Below are positions 1 to 9,179 of a stretch of 64,000 nucleotides of DNA, one piece after another; position 1 is the stretch's first letter; every line of letters begins with the position of its first letter. The notes under the pieces were generated by a model. It saw only the letters and a list, made by a program, of their open reading frames with translations. It made no database searches and was not told the DNA's origin. The stretch covers positions 810,390-874,389 of the forward strand of contig CAVRYF010000014.1 of NCBI GenBank assembly GCA_963725325.1, read 5' to 3'. Source of the stretch: an uncultured Acidobacteriota bacterium (GTDB taxonomy: Bacteria > Acidobacteriota > Vicinamibacteria > Vicinamibacterales > 2-12-FULL-66-21). Position numbers and translations under genes: made by a program.

Positions 1-2
1 AG

Positions 3-260
3 GTGGTTGAGGTGATGCGGGAAGCAGGTATTGACCTGAGTGGTGCTCGCCCTCAGAAGCTCACCACTGAACTCGCCGGCGAGGCACAGCTCCTGATTAC
101 GATGGGCTGCGGCGATGAGTGTCCGTACGTGCCAGGGGTACGCCGCGATGACTGGCCACTGGACGACCCGAAGGGTCAGCCCGTCGAACGGGTCCGCGCG
201 ATCCGCGACGACATCCGCGGTCGCGTCGAGGCCTTAGTCGTCCAAGAGGGCGCGAGATAG
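3..260 (+). CDS. arsC: Arsenate reductase / low-molecular-weight phosphotyrosine phosphatase family protein, C-terminal fragment (5' end outside window)
   Basis: The ORF is open to the left edge. The tail ...LLITMGCGDECPYVPGVRRDDWPLDDPKG...IRDDI resembles the C-terminal half of thioredoxin-coupled ArsC/LMW-PTP enzymes. Confidence 0.6.
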   Translation: MVEVMREAGIDLSGARPQKLTTELAGEAQLLITMGCGDECPYVPGVRRDDWPLDDPKGQPVERVRAIRDDIRGRVEALVVQEGAR

Positions 261-318
261 GTCGCAGGCTCACGACATCAGGGGGTCTGCTGATACTGAC
301 GACGGTCGGAGGTCAGGT

Positions 319-1059
319 ATGAAGGTCTTGACGGTCTTCGCCCATCCCGGTTCGCACTCGTTCTGCCACGCCGTTCTCGATCGCTTCGACGCCGGTCTCC
401 GAGACGCGGGGCACGCGAATGAGATCGTGGACCTCTACGCGATCGGCTTCGATCCGATCCTGCGGCCACGCGACACCCCGAGCTGGCTCACCGAAACGAT
501 CCCGGATGACATGCTCGACCGCATGCGGTTGCGCGAGTCCCTCCTCGGTGAGGCTGGCGGGCCTTTGAAGCGCTTCGCGCTGAAACGCCTCATCGGTGAT
601 CGGGATGCGCGCGGCATCATCAGGCTGCTGCGCGAGCGGTATCAGCCGAAGGACGTGCTCGTACAGCAGCAGAAGGTTGCGCGGGCTGAGGCGCTGGCGT
701 TTGTCGCACCCGTGCACTTCCTGAGCTTTCCGGCGATGCTGAAGGGGTGGCTCGATCGCGTATGGACGCCAGGGTTTGCCTACGATCTCACCCCGGAAGC
801 CTGGCGTGGCGACATCAACGGCCGTCGGCCGAGGCTCACGCACAAAAAAGCGCAGATCATCCAGACGACGATCTTCGACAAACGCGCCTACGACGCGGGC
901 CTCCGCGACGCCATGCGCACGGTGATTGACGAGTTCACGCTGACCTATCCGGGAATCAAGACCGTCGAGCGCGAGTACTTCTATGCCGTGCACGGTGCGG
1001 ACGACGTCACGAGGCGCGGCTACCTGGAAAGGGCGTATGCCCTGGGTCTCCAGTTCTGA
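319..1059 (+). CDS. NAD(P)H dehydrogenase (quinone), flavodoxin-like fold family
   Basis: The ATG has GGAGG about 7 nt upstream. MKVLTVFAHPGSHSFCHAV... and ...ALAFVAPVHFLSFPAMLKGWLDRV are typical of Flavodoxin_2/NQO-like oxidoreductases. Confidence 0.75.
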   Translation: MKVLTVFAHPGSHSFCHAVLDRFDAGLRDAGHANEIVDLYAIGFDPILRPRDTPSWLTETIPDDMLDRMRLRESLLGEAGGPLKRFALKRLIGDRDARGIIRLLRERYQPKDVLVQQQKVARAEALAFVAPVHFLSFPAMLKGWLDRVWTPGFAYDLTPEAWRGDINGRRPRLTHKKAQIIQTTIFDKRAYDAGLRDAMRTVIDEFTLTYPGIKTVEREYFYAVHGADDVTRRGYLERAYALGLQF

Positions 1060-1129
1060 GGTCCCGTCGAAAGGGGGGCTCTCTGGAGATCTCTTCGTCG
1101 GGTGAGGATCTCGCGCTAACATCTTGTCC

Positions 1130-4012
1130 ATGGCCGACGGGGTCGTCGGACAACTGATCGGCGCGCGATATCGAATCACCGACCGGATCGGCAAGGGCGG
1201 GATGGGCGTGGTCTACCGCGCCGTCGATGAACTGTTGCGCCGGCCGATAGCCCTCAAGTTCCTGCCACCGGACGTGGCTCACGACGTCGAGCGGCTCGCG
1301 CAATTCAGGAACGAAGCGCGCGTCCTTTCAGCACTCAACCATCCAAACATCGTCACCATCTTCGAAGTCGGCCAGGCCAACGACACGCCCTTCATCGCGA
1401 TGGAGTTCGTGGAAGGCGAAACGCTGCGGACGCGCCTGTGCGCGGGGCGGCTGTCGGCGGACATCGCGCTCGACGTCGTGAAGCAGACCGCGCGCGCGCT
1501 CGCGGCGGCGCACCAGAAAGGTATCGTCCATCGCGATATCAAGCCGGAAAACGTGATGATCCGCCCTGACGGCTACGTCAAGGTGCTGGACTTCGGTCTG
1601 GCCGTGCTGCGTCACCGGCCAGAATCGGGGCAATCGCTGCTGACTGCCGGCTATCTCGAAACCGTCGCGGCGGGCGTGGCCGGCACGCCGGCGTACATGT
1701 CGCCGGAACAGATCGAGGGTGCGCCGCTCGACCCGCGCAGCGACATCTTCTCGGTTGGGGTCGTGTTCTGCGAAGCCGTGACTGGCACCAACCCGTTCCA
1801 GAGGTCCGGCGTCATCGAGACGGCGAGCGCCATCGGCCGGACGCCGGCGCCCGCGGCGGACGTCATCAAAGATCTTCGACCGGACCTCAGCGCGACGATC
1901 GTTCGGGCGTTGCAGAAGGATCCGGCCGGGCGGTATCAGACCGTGGCGGACTTCATCGCGGATCTCGACCGGACGCCCGACAGGTCCGCTGCGTCATCCC
2001 GGACGCCGAGCGGCCCGCGATGGTCTGCGCTTGCGGCGGCGATCGCCTTCGCGGCGGTCGGCATCACGGGCGTCGCGGGCTATCGACGATCGGAACATCG
2101 GCACTGGGTGCACGAGCAGGCCATTCCGGAGATTGTCCGGCTGACCGGCGATCACCGATCGGCCGCCGCGTTCCCTCTCATTCACACCGCGGAGGCCTAC
2201 CTGCCGAACGATCCGGATCTCGCTCGCGCCGTCGCGGACGCCACGCGGGTCGTGTCGATCCGATCGTCGCCTCCTGGAGCCGAGATCGACGTCGAGGACT
2301 ATCTGTTTCCGAACGAGGGATGGCTGCGCCTCGGCACGACGCCGATTGACAAGATTCGCGTGCCGAGCGGCTATCTGCGGTGGAAGGTGTCCAGAGCGGG
2401 CGACGGTGAGTCGATTACGGCTCCGGCGACGCGCGAGTCGATGGACTTCGATCTCGGACGCGCCGCATCCGCGCCGGCCGGCATGGTTCCGGTCGATGGC
2501 GGGATGTGGACGAATTCGATAGGGTTTCTTGGCTGGCTCGGACCGTACGACTTGCCGGCGTTCTTCGTCGATCGGTTCGAGGTCACGAATCGGCAGTACC
2601 AGGAGTTCGTCGATAAAGGCGGCTACACGTCACCCGACTACTGGAAGCTGGCGTTTGTACGCGACGGGCGCGTCCTGACATGGACCGACGCGATGCAACT
2701 GCTCCGCGACCAGACAGGTCGGTTCGGACCGTCGACGTGGGAAGCCGGACACTATCCTGAAGGCAAGGGCGACTATCCGGTGACAGGTATCAGCTGGTTC
2801 GAGGCCGCCGCCTACGCCGAGTTCGCCGGCAAATCGCTTCCCGTACTCGCGCAAGGATTCAAACTGGCACCAGCCTCGGCCGACCCCTATGCCGTACATC
2901 TGAGCAATCTGTCCGGCAACATCGCCCGGGTCGGGGAGTTCCAGGGCCTCGGTGAATACGGCACCTATGACATGGTCGGCAACGCCCGGGAGTGGTACGT
3001 CAACGCGAGCAGCGACGGCTCCCGGTATGCGCTCGGCCGTCAGGCGAGCTCCTACGGCCCGGAGGCCCTGCCGCCATTCGATCGGTCCGAGCTGAACGGA
3101 TTCCGGTGCGTGCAGAACGCAGGGCCGATTCCCGCCGACGCCGCCGCGCCTCGCACAATGCTCCGCCGCGACTTCTCGAAGGCGCAGCCGGTGTCCGAGG
3201 AGGTCTTCCGCGTCTATCGAAACATGTATGCGTACGACAGGACGCCGCTCGACGCCACGCTCGACGGCGCGCCCGTCGAGACGGCGGACTGGACGGTGCA
3301 GAAGGTGACGATCGATGCGGCCTACGCGCACGAGCGCATGGCGGTCTTTCTGTTTCTCCCGAGGCACACGCGGCCGCCGTATCAGACCATCGTGTTCTTT
3401 CCGAGCGCGCGGGTGAATTTGCTGACGAGCAGCGATAAGCTCGGCGACCTGAGCTTCATGGACTACGTCGTCAAGAGCGGACGCGCCGTCGCGTATCCGA
3501 TCTACTACGGCCGCTACGAGCGACAGACCACCAGGCCGGCCCATCCCGGTCCGACGTTAAGACGCGAGGTACTGGTGAAGTGGTCGAAGGATCTCGGGCG
3601 CTCGATTGATTACCTGGCGAGTCGTCCTGACATCGACGCGGCGCGCATCGGCTATCTGGGTGTGAGCCAGGGGAGCGCGTACGGTGTGATCCTGACGTCG
3701 ATCGAAGATCGCCTGAAGGCCGTCGTGTTTCTCGACGGCGGCTTCTTTCAGCAGGAGCGCCCGATTGCGGGAATGGACCAGACCGATTTCGCGCGTCGGC
3801 TGACGAAGCCCGTGCTGATGGTCAATGGCCGCTTCGACGCGACCTTCCCGTTCGAGAGCGCGCAGCTCCCACTCTTTCGGATGATCGGCACGCCGGTGGC
3901 GGACAAGCGTCACGTCGTCTTCGACACCCCACACGACGTCAGGCTGCGGCGCGCCGACCTCGTCACCGAAGTGCTCGCGTGGTACGACAGGTACCTCGGA
4001 CACATTCAGTAA
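1130..4012 (+). CDS. Multidomain Ser/Thr protein kinase: Hanks kinase - TM helix - PEGA-like - FGE-sulfatase (SUMF1-like) - alpha/beta hydrolase
   Basis: Kinase motifs are GKGGMGVVYRA, ALK, HRDIKPEN, DFG and GTPAYMSPE. There is one hydrophobic helix (WSALAAAIAFAAVGITGVAGY). SSPPGAEIDVED...LGTTP is PEGA-like. FFVDRFEVTNRQYQEFV...MVGNAREW is FGE-sulfatase-like. A GVSQG nucleophile elbow and a late HD mark the hydrolase. The track ORF begins at TTG 1124; the ATG at 1130 is more likely. Confidence 0.9.
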   Translation: MADGVVGQLIGARYRITDRIGKGGMGVVYRAVDELLRRPIALKFLPPDVAHDVERLAQFRNEARVLSALNHPNIVTIFEVGQANDTPFIAMEFVEGETLRTRLCAGRLSADIALDVVKQTARALAAAHQKGIVHRDIKPENVMIRPDGYVKVLDFGLAVLRHRPESGQSLLTAGYLETVAAGVAGTPAYMSPEQIEGAPLDPRSDIFSVGVVFCEAVTGTNPFQRSGVIETASAIGRTPAPAADVIKDLRPDLSATIVRALQKDPAGRYQTVADFIADLDRTPDRSAASSRTPSGPRWSALAAAIAFAAVGITGVAGYRRSEHRHWVHEQAIPEIVRLTGDHRSAAAFPLIHTAEAYLPNDPDLARAVADATRVVSIRSSPPGAEIDVEDYLFPNEGWLRLGTTPIDKIRVPSGYLRWKVSRAGDGESITAPATRESMDFDLGRAASAPAGMVPVDGGMWTNSIGFLGWLGPYDLPAFFVDRFEVTNRQYQEFVDKGGYTSPDYWKLAFVRDGRVLTWTDAMQLLRDQTGRFGPSTWEAGHYPEGKGDYPVTGISWFEAAAYAEFAGKSLPVLAQGFKLAPASADPYAVHLSNLSGNIARVGEFQGLGEYGTYDMVGNAREWYVNASSDGSRYALGRQASSYGPEALPPFDRSELNGFRCVQNAGPIPADAAAPRTMLRRDFSKAQPVSEEVFRVYRNMYAYDRTPLDATLDGAPVETADWTVQKVTIDAAYAHERMAVFLFLPRHTRPPYQTIVFFPSARVNLLTSSDKLGDLSFMDYVVKSGRAVAYPIYYGRYERQTTRPAHPGPTLRREVLVKWSKDLGRSIDYLASRPDIDAARIGYLGVSQGSAYGVILTSIEDRLKAVVFLDGGFFQQERPIAGMDQTDFARRLTKPVLMVNGRFDATFPFESAQLPLFRMIGTPVADKRHVVFDTPHDVRLRRADLVTEVLAWYDRYLGHIQ

Positions 4013-4156
4013 CAACGACAGGCCCCCTTGGCCCGGCCGCCGGGACCTGCCGGGCGGGCTGACGGTATGCTGCGCGCGCCGCAGCGCTGACTTCGAGTAT
4101 CATCCGGCCGCATCTAGCGCGGCCATGACGGTCGCGCGCTCATCGGGCGGAAACCT

Positions 4157-5512
4157 ATGATGACTTCCATCGCCTCTCGTCTGATCCTCGCGTGGGTCGC
4201 CGTCTCCTGCCTCGTGGCCGCGCCGTTGGCGCAACAGATACGCCAGCCGTTCAGTCGCGTCGCCGTCACCGTCACACCCGATCATCAGGACTGGACCTAT
4301 CAGCCAGGCGAGCCGGTCAGGTTCCGCATCGATGTCGTGCGTGACGGCCACCAGGTCGCCGGCGCGACGGTGAACTACGGCATCGGCCCCGAGATGCTGC
4401 CGCCGGTCACCGAAGCGACGGCAACCGTCGGCGCGACACCGCTGATGGTCGCAGCCGGCACGATGAAGGATCCCGGCTTTCTGCGACTGGTGGCGACGGC
4501 CGTGATCGATGGACGTACCTATCGCGGCGTTGGCACGGCCGGTTTCGCGCCGGAGAAGATCGCGCCGACGCAGGTGAACCCGCCTGACTTCGACGCATTC
4601 TGGGACGCGGAGCGCAAGCGCCTGGCGGCGCTGCCGCTCGACGCGAAGTGGACGCCGCTCGCCGACTACGGCACGTCGGATGTGGACTGCTGGCAGATCA
4701 ACCTGCAGAACGTCGGCCTGACCGCGGGCACGAGCCGGCTCTACGGCATCCTCTGCATGCCGCGAGCGGCCGGCAAGTATCCAGCGGTGCTCAGCGTCCC
4801 GGGCGCGGGCGTGCGGCCCTATCGCGGCCTGACGGAGCTCGCCGCGCGCGGGCTCATCACCTTCCAGATTGGGATCCACGGCATTCCGGTGATCCAGCCG
4901 CAGGAGGTCTACGACAGCCTGGCCAGCGGCGGCCTGAGCGGCTATCCGACATTTGGACTGGATTCGCGCGAGCGCTACTACTATCGTCGCGTCTACGTCG
5001 GCACGCTGCGGGCCAACGATTTCCTGACATCGCTGCCGCAGTGGGACGGGCGCAATCTCGGCGTGACCGGCGGCAGTCAGGGCGGCGCACTGTCGATCGT
5101 CACCGCGGCGCTCGACCGGCGCGTCACGCGCCTGGTCGCCTACTATCCCGCCCTCTCAGACGTCACCGGCTACTTGAACCAGCGTGCCGGTGGCTGGCCG
5201 CACATGTTCCGCGCGGCCGAAGGACCGAATGTGCATCGCAGCGACGCGAAGATCACAACGACGCAGTACTACGACGTCGTGAATTTTGCCCGCCGCGTGA
5301 CCGCGCCCGGATTCTACTCGTGGGGCTTCAACGACGAGACCTGTCCGCCGACCTCGACCTACGCCGCGTACAACGTCATCACCGCATCGAAACGACTGAT
5401 CCTGGCGTACGACACGGGCCATCGTTCGACGCAGGAGCAGGTGGACGAGGGCAACGACTGGCTGGCCGGCGAGCTCACCGGTCACACCAAGCCATCGCTC
5501 GCTCCGCGCTAG
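4157..5512 (+). CDS. Secreted acetyl xylan esterase / cephalosporin-C deacetylase (AXE1) family hydrolase
   Basis: It has a signal peptide (LILAWVAVSCLVAAPLAQQ), a GGSQGG nucleophile motif, a C-terminal DTGH and an AXE1-like overall layout. Confidence 0.75.
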   Translation: MMTSIASRLILAWVAVSCLVAAPLAQQIRQPFSRVAVTVTPDHQDWTYQPGEPVRFRIDVVRDGHQVAGATVNYGIGPEMLPPVTEATATVGATPLMVAAGTMKDPGFLRLVATAVIDGRTYRGVGTAGFAPEKIAPTQVNPPDFDAFWDAERKRLAALPLDAKWTPLADYGTSDVDCWQINLQNVGLTAGTSRLYGILCMPRAAGKYPAVLSVPGAGVRPYRGLTELAARGLITFQIGIHGIPVIQPQEVYDSLASGGLSGYPTFGLDSRERYYYRRVYVGTLRANDFLTSLPQWDGRNLGVTGGSQGGALSIVTAALDRRVTRLVAYYPALSDVTGYLNQRAGGWPHMFRAAEGPNVHRSDAKITTTQYYDVVNFARRVTAPGFYSWGFNDETCPPTSTYAAYNVITASKRLILAYDTGHRSTQEQVDEGNDWLAGELTGHTKPSLAPR

Positions 5513-7539
5513 CTCTGCCCTGCGCAGAGGGCGGCCTCCAGCTCGTCGGCGTCCACCGGCTTGACGAGATGGACATCGAATCCAGCCTCGCGGACACTCT
5601 GACGGGCCCGCTCCGCGCCGTAACCGGTGAGCGCGATGATGCGCGTCGAGGCCATGCTCGGCAACGACCGCAAGTGGCGCGCGACCGAATAGCCGTCCAT
5701 CTCCGGGAGGCCGATGTCGAGCAGGATCACATCCGGATGGACCCGCTCGGCCAGTTCAATCCCTGACGTGCCGTCGTGCGCGATGATGACCTCGTGTCCC
5801 ATCACGACGAGGAGCCGTTCGAGCGCGCGTGTCGCGTCGACGTAGTCGTCCACGACGAGTACGCGCAGCGATATGGACGACCCCTGCGCCACCGCGGCGA
5901 GGTGTGGCGCGTCGACTGAGTCCGCTCGACTCGCGATCGCTCGCGGGAGCGCGACGCGGAACTCGCTGCCGCGGCCAACGCCCTCGCTCGACGCCGTCAG
6001 CATACCCGCGTGCAGGTCGATCAGGCGGCGGGCAAGCGTGAGCCCGACGCCAAGACCGCCGTGTGCGCGGTCGGGCGATGGGTCGCTCTGGAAGAACAGA
6101 TCGAAGATGCGCGGCAGCCGCTCTGCGGAGATCCCGACACCGTTGTCACGCACGCGAATCTCGACTGCCGCGTCGCACCGCCCCGCGTCGATCTGGATCT
6201 CCCCTCCCGGCTCGGTGAATTTTGCGGCGTTGTTCAGGATGTTGGTCACGACCTGAACGAGACGGATTCGATCGCCATCGACCAGGAGGGCGTCGGCGTC
6301 GGCGTCTGAAAGGCGCGTGGTGACGCGGTGCCCCCTGGCGTCGATGATCTCGCGACAGGTCTCGAGGGCGTCGGCGACGATGTCTCGCACATCCACCGGC
6401 TGGCGGCGCAACGTGATCTGCCCGGTCGTCAGCCGGGACACGTCGAGGAGGTCGTCGACCAGCCGGACCAGGTGCTGGACCTGGCGCTCCATCGTCTGAC
6501 GCATCTCGCGCGAGATCCCGATGTCATCGCCAGATCGCGCCTGCACGGCGAGCGCGTGACGGATCGGCGCGAGCGGATTGCGCAGCTCGTGCGCGAGCAT
6601 CGCGAGGAACTCGTCCTTCCGGCGATCGGCCTCCCGCAGGGCTTCTTCGGCGCGCCGCCGGTCGTCCACGTCGACAACGGATCCGTACCACCGCGTAATC
6701 GCGCCTGTGGCGTCGCGCTGGGGCAGCGCGCGCGTCAACTGCCAGCGGTAGGTGCCGTCCACGCCACGCAGCCGGTATTCGGCCTCGAACGGCCGCTCGG
6801 TTTCACGCGCGAGATTCCACAACCGCAGCTTGCGCGCGACGTCGTCGGGATGCATGTACGCCACATAGCCATGACCGAGCAGCGAGTCGATCGACGTCCC
6901 GCAGTACTCGGCCGCGCGAGGCGACAGGTAGTCGAGGCGGCCGTCGGTTGTCGCGCGCCACAGCAGCGCCGGTGTGGATTCGCTGAGAAACCGAATCTGC
7001 TCCTCGCTCTGCCGGAGTTGCGCCTCGACGCGGCTGCGCTCGAGCTCGGCGGCTGCCCTGCCGGCGACGAGACCGAGGATGGTGCACGGGTGTTGCCGCG
7101 ACGCGTCGATAGGACGATCGTGCATGACGACGAGCAGACCCTGCGCCTGCCCATCAGCGCCCCTGAGAGGGGCACCAGCGTAGCTGTCGACCCCCATCTC
7201 CGCGAGCATGAGGTCCCGAGGGAACTGGCTGGCAACACCTGTCGGATAGAAGCAGTTGCCACCCGTCAGTACTTCGGCACAGGGGGTGTGAGCGAGGTCG
7301 TACTCGATGTTCTCCGCGGGTCCGCCGTCAGCACAGCCGGCAACGACCTGTACGTGTCGGGGTTTGTTCGAGTGGAGCTTGCTGAGATACACCCAGCGTA
7401 CCGACAGGACATCGGCCAGCCCTCGGACGAGGCCGCGAAAGTACGCCTCGCCCGTACAGTTCGTCCAGTCCGCCAGACGGAATAGGGCCTCGCTTGCCCA
7501 CTCTTGCTCGAGCGGCATTCTCGCCACCTCGAGAAGCAT
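5509..7539 (-). CDS. Hybrid sensor histidine kinase (GAF - PAS - HisKA - HATPase_c - receiver)
   Basis: The H-box is FLAMLAHELRNPLAPI. The ATPase boxes are NNAAKFT and GGLGVGLTLARRL. The C-terminal receiver is LVVDDY...LLDIGLPEMDG. A PAS-like block is LWRATTDGRLDYLSPRAAEYCG. Confidence 0.9.
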   Translation of the reverse strand: MLLEVARMPLEQEWASEALFRLADWTNCTGEAYFRGLVRGLADVLSVRWVYLSKLHSNKPRHVQVVAGCADGGPAENIEYDLAHTPCAEVLTGGNCFYPTGVASQFPRDLMLAEMGVDSYAGAPLRGADGQAQGLLVVMHDRPIDASRQHPCTILGLVAGRAAAELERSRVEAQLRQSEEQIRFLSESTPALLWRATTDGRLDYLSPRAAEYCGTSIDSLLGHGYVAYMHPDDVARKLRLWNLARETERPFEAEYRLRGVDGTYRWQLTRALPQRDATGAITRWYGSVVDVDDRRRAEEALREADRRKDEFLAMLAHELRNPLAPIRHALAVQARSGDDIGISREMRQTMERQVQHLVRLVDDLLDVSRLTTGQITLRRQPVDVRDIVADALETCREIIDARGHRVTTRLSDADADALLVDGDRIRLVQVVTNILNNAAKFTEPGGEIQIDAGRCDAAVEIRVRDNGVGISAERLPRIFDLFFQSDPSPDRAHGGLGVGLTLARRLIDLHAGMLTASSEGVGRGSEFRVALPRAIASRADSVDAPHLAAVAQGSSISLRVLVVDDYVDATRALERLLVVMGHEVIIAHDGTSGIELAERVHPDVILLDIGLPEMDGYSVARHLRSLPSMASTRIIALTGYGAERARQSVREAGFDVHLVKPVDADELEAALCAGQS

Positions 7540-7728
7540 CCTAGCACGGGCCCTGTCACAAGACCGGGGCTGGCCATTCTCGAGTGTTCCAGACTCACAC
7601 CGTGGTCCTGATCATGCCTGAGGCTGCACCTTTCACAGAGCTGTCACATCGTCGTTGTACAACCTTCGCTCGCCGCAGCTAGTCTCAGTTTTCGCAGGGG
7701 CCATCCCTGGCGGATTGGAGCGACGTTT

Positions 7729-9105
7729 ATGACGTTCGGCTGGCGCGCTGGTGTGACGACGATAGTCCTGGGTTCTGCGGTCATGACGATGTCTGCGGCG
7801 AACATTGGCGTTTCGTTGATCGGAACGGGCTTCATCCCCGGTAATGCCCTCGACCGGTCCGGGCTGGCGGGCACGCCGATCTGTCAGCGCGACGACACGG
7901 CCGTGTGTATCGATCACGCGACGCTGGGGGGCCTGGGATCGGCGGTCACCTACACGGGATCCGACGGCGTCTATCTGGCGGCGCCCGATCGAGGGCCGTT
8001 CGACGGGCGCACGGACGTGCCCTATCGCGACCGGGTGCATCTCCTGCGCATCTCGCTCGATGTCAAGACGTCGTTCCCGAATATCAAGACCACACTGCTC
8101 GACACGAGGCTGCTGAAGGACGAACGGCACCAGCCGCTCGTCGGCGACGCCTACGCCTTCGACACGGCCAGTCCACTTGATACCCGCCGATTCGATCCCG
8201 AAGGCATCATCGTCGGGATGTTCGGTACGTTTTTCATCTCCGATGAATACGGCCCCTATATCCGCGAGTTCGATCGCCACGGCCGGCTGGTCCGTCGCAT
8301 CCCGGTGCCGGCGAAATTCCGCCTCGACCCCGTCAACGGCCAGCCGAGCGGCGACCTCGACGCCAACGCGACGTCGTTCGAGGTGTACCCGTCGTTGAAC
8401 GTGACCGGGCGCCAGGCAAATCGCGGCATGGAGGGTCTCGCCATCACGCCGAACGGCAGAATGCTCGTCGGCATCATGCAGAACGCCCTGCTCCAGGATG
8501 GGGGAATCAATCCGACGACGCTCGGGCGCGTCGGTGTCAACAATCGCATCCTCACAGTGGATCTGCTGACAGGAAAGCGGCAGGAGTACGTCTACGTGGT
8601 GGATGCGACTAATCAGGGTCGGGGCGTAAACGACATCCTCGCCATCAACGATCACGAGTTCCTGGTCGTCGAGCGCGACAACCGGTCACTCGTGCCGACG
8701 CCGCCAAACGCGCCGCAGTCACCCAACCTGAAACGGATCTACAAGATCGATCTCGACACGCCGGGCCTGACCGACGTGTCGGACATCGAGAGTCTGCCGG
8801 CGGGCGCGCTTGATCCGTCTATCGTGCCGGTGACGAAGACACTCTTCGTCGATCTGCTCGATCCGAGCTACCAGGTGAGCGTGACGAAGACGATCAAGGA
8901 CGTCATCGCCGAGAAGATTGAGGCCCTGGCGTGGGGACCACGGTTGAAGGACGGCAGACAAGTCCTGTATGTCTTCAGCGACAACGATCTCAATCCGGGG
9001 CTGCCGACTCAGATCTACGCCTTCGCCATCGACACCGCCGCGGCGAACATCTCCTATCGGCCGCAGCGCGTGCTGGTGCCTGTGTTCCTGCCCTGGGAGC
9101 GATGA
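7729..9105 (+). CDS. Secreted phytase-like esterase family protein
   Basis: It has an N-terminal hydrophobic signal. The motifs DPEGI, NRGMEGLAITPNG and FLVVERDN recall the family annotated as 'esterase-like activity of phytase'. Confidence 0.65.
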   Translation: MTFGWRAGVTTIVLGSAVMTMSAANIGVSLIGTGFIPGNALDRSGLAGTPICQRDDTAVCIDHATLGGLGSAVTYTGSDGVYLAAPDRGPFDGRTDVPYRDRVHLLRISLDVKTSFPNIKTTLLDTRLLKDERHQPLVGDAYAFDTASPLDTRRFDPEGIIVGMFGTFFISDEYGPYIREFDRHGRLVRRIPVPAKFRLDPVNGQPSGDLDANATSFEVYPSLNVTGRQANRGMEGLAITPNGRMLVGIMQNALLQDGGINPTTLGRVGVNNRILTVDLLTGKRQEYVYVVDATNQGRGVNDILAINDHEFLVVERDNRSLVPTPPNAPQSPNLKRIYKIDLDTPGLTDVSDIESLPAGALDPSIVPVTKTLFVDLLDPSYQVSVTKTIKDVIAEKIEALAWGPRLKDGRQVLYVFSDNDLNPGLPTQIYAFAIDTAAANISYRPQRVLVPVFLPWER

Positions 9106-9144
9106 CTCGCGGCCACTCGAGCGGATCCGACACCAGCAAGGCCA

Positions 9145-9171
9145 GGTCGGCACAGTCGCGAGCTGCCGACC
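9145..9171. terminator. Stem-loop between convergent genes (8-bp stem GGTCGGCA/TGCCGACC, 11-nt loop)
   Basis: The inverted repeat was read directly. It lies between the stop at 9105 (+) and the stop at 9180 (-). There is no U-tract. Confidence 0.4.
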
Positions 9172-9179
9172 GGCCGCGC

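Noticed and set aside
1130-4012. FGE-sulfatase/C-type-lectin-fold domain as a diversity-generating retroelement target
   Set aside because: No reverse transcriptase gene, template repeat or adenine-biased variable region is visible in the window. The domain is internal rather than C-terminal.
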